Shown here piece by piece: positions 51,201-61,407 of a stretch of DNA of 64,000 nucleotides. The notes beneath the pieces are model-generated. The model made no database searches, was not told where the DNA came from, and worked only from the letters and a program-made list of their open reading frames with translations. Position 1 is the stretch's first letter, and every line of letters starts with the position of its first letter. This DNA comes from Catajapyx aquilonaris (lineage: Eukaryota): NCBI GenBank assembly GCA_000934665.2, contig JYFJ02000115.1, positions 62,001 through 126,000 on the forward strand, written 5' to 3'. The position numbers and the translations under genes were made by a program.

Positions 51201-52806
51201 TGGACGGAGTGACTGGTAGCGACAGAACTTTGCAAGCGACTCTGAGAACGAGTCTAGTCCAGTGGCATCGCCACCTCCTAGCACAACCTCACGTGAACGG
51301 CAACCAAAGTAGCACTGGACCAGGTCATCAAAGTGAACATGCACTTTTTTGCGTCTCGCAGATAACCCAGCATCAGTTCTGGCACCAGTGACATTAAAAC
51401 CAGGCACATCTGGTTCAGGCACTGCTACGTCATCCACAACCACATCATCGACGCGAGACTCGGCTGTGTTCAAGTCAGCTTCAACCAATGCTACCTCGCG
51501 TCGCAGTTGCTCCAGCTGATCGCGCCTTTGATGCAACAGCTGGGCCAAGAATTCACGCAGCAATTCTGCATGCGTACGCCGCGACTCTGCTTCCAGTTGC
51601 TGCTTGCGTCGTGTCAAAACGTCCAGCATTAATGACACCTCATTGAGCTTCAACATTTGGCACTGCTCAACCATCAAGCTGCGAAGCTCCGTGTTAGGCT
51701 GCGGTGCCGGCTCTTCCACATGACGTCTTGTGGCACCAGTCTTGTGCTTTGCCACTAGTTCATTCAGCAGTGAGTTTGGTACCAACGTGTCGGCGCCACC
51801 TAAGACATGGTTGCATTTTGGACATCGACCCGTCAGCTCCAGGCTCTTGGATACGCACCGGTAGCAAAAAGTGTGCCCACACTTTGTTATATGCGCAGCT
51901 TCGATTAATTCGAAGCATATTGGACATAAGTAGTCACTCCCCTTGTCCTCAAAAGTCCCACCAATTCCATTCAAAACGGATGGAAAAGGTCGCTTCTGGC
52001 CACGGGATGATGAAGCGGTCGGTTCAGACATGGTTAACACATCAGTTTTCTCACACACACAGGGACGGGGTGCAGGTTGACCTGAAACAGCAAGCAACGG
52101 GGAAGCTTACACACCCATACCAAAACTATGTTTATAATTTTGTTTAAAATAACTACACAGGGGGTGACTTTGCAATGCCAACCTTCAAACAGTTTGCTTC
52201 AATAAGGTGGCCAGTAAGCACCCCCGAAGGTTACGATTTAATGACCACCCTGTCCCAATAAGTGTCCTTTGCAGTGAAGGTTTTAGTCTGAGTTGGTGTG
52301 AGAGGGTTTCAGGTCAATCTCTACCCATCCTCGCCCCAAGCATACGACCATTGCCGCCACTTACAGCTTCAGCAGCTCCACCAGCTTTCCGCCTGTGATC
52401 TGGTCGTACTTGTAGGCGGCAGGGGTCAGCTTGGGCGCACCATCCCCTTCGTACACACCCAGCGCCACTCCTTTCTGCAAAAAATGGATCATATATATTG
52501 TTCCTTTCTACACCCCAGCACGAATCGCCCTGGAATATCCCATGGGTATCGCCACTGGATATTTGGATATCCATGGGATATTCCAGGGCGATTCGTGCTA
52601 CTTGGGACAATATGGAAGTGATGCAACTGTGGCCATACCTTCATCCCCCTTGACGGTACGTGTGTCCCGGCGGTACAGGAAGGTGCGAGGGTGCTTCTGG
52701 AACAGCCGGAGACGAGGAAGAGCAGCGACGAAAGAGGCCTCGACGACGACACTGACGTTCGACGACCCAGGGATGCGATGGAGACGGCGATGCCACCTAT
52801 AACCAT
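48252..52806 (-). CDS. LAP3: Cytosol (leucyl) aminopeptidase, peptidase M17; exons 52639-52806, 52365-52474, then from 49826 down to 48252
   Basis: [89 protein letters not shown]. Confidence 0.95.
50238..52031 (-). CDS. COP1: E3 ubiquitin ligase COP1 (RING, coiled coil, WD40); intronless CDS, ORF open upstream to 52097
   Basis: [34 protein letters not shown]40 [64 protein letters not shown]. Confidence 0.97.
   Translation of the reverse strand: MSEPTASSSRGQKRPFPSVLNGIGGTFEDKGSDYLCPICFELIEAAHITKCGHTFCYRCVSKSLELTGRCPKCNHVLGGADTLVPNSLLNELVAKHKTGATRRHVEEPAPQPNTELRSLMVEQCQMLKLNEVSLMLDVLTRRKQQLEAESRRTHAELLREFLAQLLHQRRDQLEQLRREVALVEADLNTAESRVDDVVVDDVAVPEPDVPGFNVTGARTDAGLSARRKKVHVHFDDLVQCYFGCRSREVVLGGGDATGLDSFSESLAKFCRYQSLRPLATLNYTSDIFNNSSIVSSIEFDRDNEYFAIAGVTKRIKVFDYSVVVKDAVDIHYPCVEMLCNSKISCVSWSSYHKGLLASSDYEGTVTVWDANTATRTRTFQEHEKRCWSVDFNRVDTKLIASGSDDSRVKLWSINVDHSVACLEAKANVCCVKFNPESCYHLAFGSADHCVHYYDLRSTKEALAVFKGHRKAVSYVKFVSRDEIVSASTDSQLKLWDIGKTHSVRSFVGHVNEKNFVGLATDGDYVACGSENNALYVYYKGLSKQLFNFRFDAVRGVFEKDRKEDDANEFVSAVCWRQGSDVVVAANSQGTIKILELV
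52514..52606. repeat. Hairpin / mini-MITE in LAP3 intron 1
   Basis: agcacgaatcgccctggaatatcccatgg / ccatgggatattccagggcgattcgtgct. Confidence 0.85.
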
Positions 52807-53372
52807 GGCTGACCCACCACTGTTGCCACATCATGCGCAACCACCCCCCTCCCATTTTTTTAAAAAAAATATAATTCCAACCTAGTTTCATTCATTAAAA
52901 AATTAAGGCTAAGCATTATACAATTGCTTTCAAATTAATTGCGACATGATGACGTTCGATTTACGGGATTTACGTAAGAAGCTTGGAAGTTTTCCCGCCA
53001 GATGGCAGGACCGCCTTTTTCCCCGGGAGGTTCAAAACATGTTCCTCTAATTACCGTAATTGACAGTACTTGTTGGCGGCCTGTTCCCCACAAAAAAATG
53101 GTCATGCGAAAACACACTAAAAAACTGTTTCTCCTGAATATGACCTACTGAAATGGGGGGTGCGTCTATACATGCCTGTGAGTCAATGTATAATAATAAA
53201 CTTTTATTTTGTAATCATTCACAACAATATAATGTCACTTGAGATTGTACTGTAATACTGCCATGTGCAAACCCCGGCATTATTGCAGCGTGTCCAACAA
53301 TGTGCCCTAAATGCGTTTCCAACAACCCTGGATTGTCAATTTGTGTCACTAGTTTTTAAAATACCTATTGTT

Positions 53373-53552
53373 GGTACTATTTTAACAGCAAAAGTAATGT
53401 CGCAGTGTTATGTGATGGCGTCCGTGACTTGTTGTTTAGCATGGGTTGTGGAATGTTGCCAAATTAACGTCCGCAACTCGGCAACGCCCATGCTAAACAA
53501 GTCGCAGACGGCATTGTAACAGTGCGACATTACTTTTGCGGTTAATAGTACC
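53373..53552. repeat. Long imperfect hairpin (about 70-bp arms), MITE-like
   Basis: ggtactatt..gcaaaagtaatgtcgca..gtttagcatggg versus cccatgctaaac..tgcgacattacttttgc..aatagtacc. Confidence 0.85.
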
Positions 53553-53646
53553 GTACTGGCCCTTTTGGAATTGTGACAGTCAGGACCTGTCCAAATTTGG
53601 TGAAACAAAACAACAGTCTTTCTTGGCTTTTAAAAAAAGGGTAATC

Positions 53647-54415
53647 TCAGAGTTCCTCATGGTCTTCAAAGTTGTAGTCATCATTGTCTGCACTGTCGTC
53701 GTTGCATAACCCTGCACCTTTTGTACAGAGAAGCAAGGCCGGATCGTCTTGCTTCCATGATAATGCCTTGACTATTGCCTCCTCATGTTCTTCAATAATG
53801 CTTTCACACTGAAAATAATGATAATTATGAGACTCAATTTCATTGGACTGGAAGGATTTGCTGGAAGGACCTGCCAAAGGCTCTGCAACAGTTTTACTTA
53901 CATAGAACTGTAGGTTGTTGTTGGTGTCCAAATCGGGGATCATGTCAACTGCGCTCATCTCCTCATTCATCTTCCCGTCATGCCCTATTAACCTCAGAAG
54001 CGTTAGTTTTCCATTGGACTTGTACTTGGCCTGCGCATAATCCTGGAAGTTCTGACACACCGTCTCCAGCAGGTCCATCAGATGCATTTCAGAGCGTGCA
54101 AACGGAACCTGAAATCAAGCCCATTACAATCGAAGCGCAATGAACAGGTTTATTTTCTGTTCCTCACCGACGTCTGCTTCTGGTTTCCATCCGAGTCCAA
54201 CCGGAAGGTGCCAACGTCCACCTTCTTATTTGGGTCCACCTTCCCAATATCATGCTCCAACTCCTGCATGATCGCCTTGCACACTGGAAAGCATTTAATC
54301 AGGCGACAGTGTCCCGCTACGGAATGACCTGTGTGTACCCACCCAAGCATTTAAGCTCTGCCTTCTGATCCGCACAGGCCAGCGCAACCAGCGTCAACAC
54401 AACAATGAGCTTCAT
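53647..54415 (-). CDS. CNPY2: Canopy family ER protein (CNPY2 / seele-like), 4 coding exons
   Basis: Signal peptide, saposin-like C..C, VDVGTFRLD..G.Q, VPFARSEMHLMDLLETVC, FYCESIIEEHE, C-terminal HEEL ER-retention signal. Confidence 0.88.
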
Positions 54416-54792
54416 ACTCCTGCAGCAGCCTGGAAGGGAAACCATTGTTAGTGTGATGAACACAATGACCAGCATTGTTATGGGCGGTACCTTCCAGGCT
54501 CAACCGATGCCTGCTTCGGACGAGGTGTGAAGAAGTGGTGACGAAGACACCTAGATAGTGGCAGAGGACAACAAGGCGACACAGTGCTTAGCACACGTGT
54601 ACCAGTCAAAACGCACCGCTAGGAGGCGACACCCTCACGGAACATGACAACGACAATTGCACCAGTAAATCAACCTCATATTTAACCCAAACACTTTTTT
54701 TAAAAAAATTCTGGCCAGTTATTTTTGATAAAACAAGCAATTGTTGCTGTTGGCGACCCTGTTGGGATTGGCACCTCCGCGTGTCGTTCAAG

Positions 54793-56629
54793 ATGGCGGC
54801 CAACATGCTGCGAAAGATTCCGGAATATTTGTCAAGGATTTCCAGGCTTTTCTTCGGGCATGGTGAGGCACACACCGGACTAGGGTTTTGCTGGCAATCA
54901 GTTGACAGAATGGACTTTTTTTTGGTAAATCGTGTTGGCCTGACTGAAGTGGCAAATATTGACACAGAGCCAAACCACCGACATGAACAGTGACTTCTGT
55001 GGCTTTCTAAACAGAATTGAAGTATTTAGCAGCATTTTCAAATGCATTGTTGGAGTTTAATTATTATGCCTTATCCTTCGCAGATAATATTCCGGCGTTG
55101 GCCATTGCTCATCCAGCCACGGCTGTACAGTTGACACCTCCAAGTGGTAGCGTTGATGATGGCTTCCTGTGGGCTGTTCCTCGTGACCGCAGATCCATTG
55201 AGAGGCGCCTAACCCGCAAATTTGGTGTTGAGAAATGGGGCACAAAATTGATGATGCCAAAGACAACCCTGCGGATATGTAATGCCTGTGGTCACTACCA
55301 CGAGGCTGGGAGGCTCTGCCGTGGGTCCAGTTTTTGCACTTGGGGGATCTTCTATTATTATTCTTATTTTTAAAAATTTATTTTAAGTAACCCCATTGTT
55401 GGGGCAGAGCCCCTTTAGGGGGGTGGAATTTTCTATTAGCTCCTGTTAAGATGTAATTTTAAAATTTCAGCCAACTGTTATGAGACAGTGAAGAAAGAGA
55501 CAGAAGAAATGCAAGAAGCAATCCAAAACCGTCTGGGTCTGAATCCAATAGAAAAGGAGGTTGTAGTACTTTACGATGGCGAGAAAGAGCAATGTTCAGA
55601 TGAAACAATCAAGGTACTGCATGTGATGCATTCATTTACAGGCACATTTTTTGTTATTGCATGCAATTAGACAAATATGCCCCAGGTTGAAGCGATTGGC
55701 CTGAATCAAGCTTGTTTCGTTTTATACTTGGTACTTTTTCTGCACCCAATGAAAATGCACTAAATATGGCTGTAGATCTACGAGGGCCATTCCAAAATGA
55801 TTTACAATTTTTCTGCCACCAATGCAGGCCCCATTCAGGTCGGCTAATAGGCACACATTATCGATATAATCCTTATGGAGCCGAATTCACAGGAGTCGTG
55901 GGTGTGGCAACCTCTCCAGACCCTCCAGGAACCACCTTTTTCTGGGGCGGCGCACCCACTCTTGGACAACTCTTCGCAGTCAACAATGTCCATGAAATGG
56001 CATCAGTGAAGGGATTTTTTTCAGTTTCTGAACTGGTGAAAGTCACGGGGCCAGGCCATGGTAGTACGGCGGGTGTTGAAGCACCAAAAACTGTATCCAT
56101 AGAAAACAAAACCCTTCGCCAACACAATTTCCAGGACATTGTTGACTGTAAGCAGTTGTCCAGGAGTGAGGGCGCCACCCGACCAAAAAGTGGTTCCTAG
56201 AGGACCTGGAGTGGTTGCCAAACAATGACTTCTGTGCATTCAGGGCTCCAGGAGGATTCTATCAATAATGTGCACCTATTTGCCAACCTGCATGGGCCCT
56301 GTATTTGTGGCAAAAAATAAATTGTAAATCATTTCGGAACATCCCTCATAAAAGTTGATCTCAGCTAGACAACTTAGAGACCAAAAAGGCTAAATCTCAG
56401 GGATAGAATGGATAATGTTGCTTATCACACAAGTTTCATTGGATGGGCAGTAGTACAGGATGGCTTGACTTACACAAGTACTGTTGTGCACATGCTTTAT
56501 TCTCAGTCCAAGTACATAGTGGAAGTGAAGAAGGAGCGACCCAAGTGGTTCAGTCGCAATTTGATGCAGCGGACCACCCAAAGTGTGGATTCAACTACCA
56601 CAACAGTTAAACCATCAGAGCTTGGTTAG
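54793..56629 (+). CDS. MRPL32: Mitochondrial ribosomal protein L32, 4 exons (54793-54862, 55084-55320, 55471-55613, 56507-56629)
   Basis: FLWAVPRDRRSIERRLTRK, CNACGHYHEAGRLC|PNCYE, PIEKEVVVLYDGE, KKERPKWFSRNL. Confidence 0.92.
55781..56348. mobile_element. Fold-back MITE with mariner-like ends and TA target-site duplication, in mRpL32 intron 3
   Basis: ta|cgagggccattccaaaatgatttacaatt.. versus ..aattgtaaatcatttcggaacatccctca|ta; inverted similarity extends about 250 bp per arm. Confidence 0.85.
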
Positions 56630-59600
56630 GAGCAGAATATGATATTGCCAGTCGTGTTCTTTGTTAATAAAAATTTTTTAAACTCACTGCAATTTTATTG
56701 ATTATGTCTGCGATAAGGGTGTCCTCTTGATGAAGATTTAAAATATTTGTATTTGTGATTGTATCTTGCACTTGGTTGAAAAGGTTGGGAGAGGAGGTGA
56801 TTAAACCTGAATGGCTGACCTGGCTTTTGATCATATCCAGCTGGTAGCTTGGGTATTAATTAAATTATGTATATAAAGTCCCACGACGTAGACTGGGATA
56901 GCCCAACCTATGAACTGAGTGGAAAGCTACCACCTCACACATCTCACCTACGCAATTTTCAAAAAGAAGAAAGGAATAAAGAAATGTGATTCGCTTGACT
57001 TGTTCCATTACCTGCATTCCTGACCTGTACTGCCGTCACTGCTGCATGTAACAGAGCGTTCCCTTGAGGAATAATATAATTATGATTTATGAATGCAATG
57101 AGAATGTTATACGGTGAAACCGCAAACAACGCTTTGCCACTTTGAAGGCCCCCTTTTTTTGGTCCCTTGATAATTTCCATAAGGTCAATTTTCTTGCGCT
57201 ATCCCACTTATAGTAGCTACTCTTGGGCTGTCCCTTGAAGAGCATTATATTGAGGATTTACTCTTAACCGCATTTGTTATTTGGTCATGGTACAGTACGC
57301 TGGATTTATGTACCATAATGGTATTTTGCAATGATGTGCCTTTTTTTTCCTATCCCACTGAGCAGAATTCTGGTGAAAATCACTTTTCAAAACAGTGAAC
57401 ATGTGCAATTTTATGGGCAAGAAACCCAGGGATCAGAATGAGACATTTGGAAAATTTTGATGATATTGTGAGGATTCGCGCAGTTGTTACATTGTGCGAG
57501 CACAGTTTCTGGTAGTGAATAGTTATGATGCTTCTGAATGACGTTTTCTCCCTGGGTTAGTCTGTCACAGAGTGCATGTGCTGTACCGCTTTGTTGTGAG
57601 GGACATTTCTCTCCCCCCATTTCCCAATCATCTGGCACCCTGAGTCTGCTTCTATCTTATCTGTCAGTTTGTGAAGGCGGTGTTAACATGTCTTTTGGAA
57701 TTATCTGCTAATTAACCATATGCACTTGTGAACCATCTGGAGCTAAAAATCCTTAAATCCTGCTGCATAAAGTACACAATCCTACCCTGCTGGGAGCAAA
57801 GACCTTTGTTAACAGCCAGGTCAGTCACATGAACAAAAAAGGAAAGCTGTCTGCACTTTCATAGCAGGATATAATGATCGGGAGGATTTAATCACAATTA
57901 ATTTCGGTGATATATGAAACCGCAAAGTGACGCCTGAGCGTCATTGCCTGCTCCAATGAAACAAGCCCCTCTCTTTCCATATAGTATAAAAATAACTAAT
58001 AATAATGGCCAGTGTCCCCTTGCCCCCCTTGGAGAGTATTGCCCCCCGCTGCACCTTCCCTTTCGTCCACAAAAGGATGCTCCTCCAGTAGTGAATGACC
58101 CCCCTGGAAATTTGTTTGCCCCCGTCCTCCTCTTTCACACCCTTGGATCCATCCGAAGATAAATGGGGCGGCCCCCGGGTGTATTCGGTAGCCGAGAGAG
58201 GACAACCATATAAACGCTTCTGGCTGCTGACTACTACAGCACCTCTCCTGCTGGTCCCCCATACATTTTTGTATATAGTGTGAGACAATACAAGTTTGGG
58301 CGACCGAGAGATGAGTCCCCTTGCAAAAGTGGTTATTGACTGAAAAATGGGAGACACTCTCTCTCCCCACGGGATAAAAAGGACCACACAGGATGTGTGC
58401 ATTGCTGGGGGTCGCACCAACAGACCGTTACACTTTTGGCCTCTACTGACTTGTCTATACCTCACACTGAATTTATGACATGTCTGCTCTGCTGAGGGAA
58501 GTCTGTGAAAAAAAAAGTAGGCTAATGAATACTATACCCACGAGTATAGGTATTGTAAAGCCGATATTTTTATTAATTTTTTTGAGCCAGTTATGTGATC
58601 GAATATTGTAAGAAAATCTACACTTTTATGGGTCAAGTAATGATAATTGGTGCACAGTGTGGGATTTGTTGCAAGCGACAAGGAGCCTCATTCCGTGTGT
58701 CAGTTGCTTCTATTCCAAATGGTTGCTGGAGTAAACATTTCAGGAATCTTTACGTGAAATACCGCTTGAACACAAAGGCCAAAGATATTCCCAGTTTTGT
58801 GCTTCTTTTGCTCCAAGTCACACCTTTACTGTCCCAAAAAAAAATTTTACAGATGCTTCTGGAAGAAAGGTTCCTGAGGAGGGCGCTGAAAGTGTTATAT
58901 AAAAAAAAGGACCGAAGAGGAGTCGCATTTTTGTCGCGTGTCCCGCCCACGACATTCGTCATCCTTTTCCCCAACATTTTTATGGAATTTGGGGAGAAAT
59001 AAAGTACATTGTTGTGATTCCTCCCTGGACTCGTGTCCGTCCTCAGATTTTTTCTGTAAAAAAAAAGAGGAAGGGTCCAATAAGGAAATATCTATTATGC
59101 ACACCCCCCTCTGAGTCATAATTCATAAGAGGGAAAGTGATGCTTTTCATCCCAATTTGTCGTCTCGCAAGGCCGCATCCTGAGGGAAGAAGGGGAGAGG
59201 CGGACTCTGGGATATTCCCCCTAGCTCCCGTTATATTTATTCCGATTGTTGTTGAAGAGGATCGAGCCGAAGCTCCGCCCCATCTGGAGAAGGGGGAGGT
59301 CATATTTGACCGATCAATGGTGGTGGCAGTGGTGTGTGATGCTGGGTGGGGATCGAGGGGGGTTCCATGATGATGATGATGAAAAAGGACCGAGGGAGCC
59401 ATCAAGCCCCCTCTGCAGCATCCGAAAATGGCGGACCACAGCTTGTTGTACCACTTTCGCAATCCAAAAAGTAACATGGCGTGTGACTGAAACTTTCCAT
59501 TTTTAGCGAAATTAATTTAGATAAAATCTCTTAAGGGAGGGATGTGTTGAAATCATTAGCCTATATATACTCACTCCTTCCTATATATTACGTTAAGGAA

Positions 59601-61407
59601 ATTAAGAGATATAAGTTAACTTATTGAATTTGTCTGAAGCTTATGAGAAAGTTTATTCGGCCTTATATTATAAGAACAGCTGTGTATACGACCAACTTCT
59701 GCCCCCTAAGTACATACCACCCACTGAGAAGGATGAATTATTTTTATCATTATAGGATACCCTATTTAATTATGTACTATTCTAAAATATTTTAATCACG
59801 ACGGCCTGTGCGAAAGACTCTCTCTTCCAGGATCGGTTTTTCACCCATTGGTCTCCGACATTTTTTGTCGGAGCGTTTCATTCCATAGATTCGGATTTTG
59901 CAAAAATGCACATTTCAAATTCTTAATTATTTGGAAATTTCCACTTTGAAATCACGACCGAAAGCGCAAGGAATGCTAAATAATTTTTATTTTCATTTTG
60001 CCAAGCAATGGGAGATAGTGACTGATTTTTTAAAAATGGCAATTGCACGCTAAAAGTGATATTTAATTTTAAAAAATAAATGATTTGGCAATACAGGTTG
60101 CACTGGTTAATGAAATGGAGGTTATGGTTTTGGACACTTTTGATATCATAAAACTTCCAGTTTTAATGAACAAATGCCGTCTCAAAAAATTATTCGCAAT
60201 CAACCACCGCTTCAAAAATTAAGATCAAAATTGTGCATCCTTCCTTGTCCTCCTGTCGTTATTTTACAGTGAAAAATGTTGCAAAATTGAGAATTAGTTT
60301 CTTAAACCCAATTTTATAAAACAAAATTGAGTTTACGAACAACTTCCAATAAAAACGATTATGGAAGAGACCCTTTCTTATACACCATTTTCATATAATT
60401 ATCCAATAATTATTGCCATCTTTCATTCATTTTTTTGTTGCTCTGCCTTGCTGTTGTTATCATTTGAATGAGATTAACAATCGCGAACTTATACATTGAG
60501 CTAGCCCTCTATGAAACAAACGACTTATTCATTGGTCCTGTTCCGGGTGGCCCGTATATCGCACATCCCCCCTCCTCTCCCGTAAAAACCGGTAGCAGTT
60601 TCAGGTCCTGAACTGGTCCATTAGGGAAGACTGGCCATTTTCTCTGCCAACTCATTGTGAAGAGTTATAGGTGGCAGTCAACGGAAATGGCAATCAATGG
60701 GCGGACATTGATGCCCCTTCGGCAACCCATGACGAATGGGCGGCCCTTGTCAGCAGGGGGGCTAGTGCTGCTGGGGAGGGAATGAGAGGGGAGTGAAATA
60801 GAACCATACTTGTTGCACCCTCCCCCTGTAACTATCCATTTGCCAAGGCTCGGCCCCCCTAGCCTCTCTTTTCTATTATTTATTTTCATCCTCCCCAACC
60901 CAAGCACTCCTAACCAGAGCATAGAAGTGCAAACAGTCCTCTTTGGTCAAGGTGCTCATCAAGCTAAGATTTGGCGACAATACGCTTGGAGGGCCCTCCA
61001 GGTCCAATCCATCAGGCCAGGTCCTCTGTCGCGGTGACGTCTACACCACGGGGGAGGTGGGACAACATGCACAAAACTTACTACCGATTAGACAAGCCGG
61101 ATCGCCACTGGAAGTCTCTGCGACAAATACGTCGCGTGACATTCCAGCAATACCACGGGCTTTTAACGCAAATTTCAACTGAATCAAAGCGACTCACCAA
61201 TAAGAGTAATAATTATGTGCTGAGTTAATTTCAGATGTTTATTACCTCACTAAATATAAATCTTCGTTCTAATTTGTACACAAGTTTATGATACAAAATA
61301 TATACTGAGGCACTTTTTTAAAGTTGCATTGAGTCAGACTTCAGTCCTATATATAATGATATTTTGTATGTGAAGACTACGCTTCCTAAGAAATAATGAT
61401 GCTGTGA

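Noticed and set aside
55712..56239. ORFs with mutual similarity on opposite strands
   Set aside because: They reflect the inverted arms of the intronic MITE.
57900..61230. Scattered GC-rich ORFs downstream of huckebein
   Set aside because: No recognisable domains or consistent exon chain; probably non-coding regulatory DNA.
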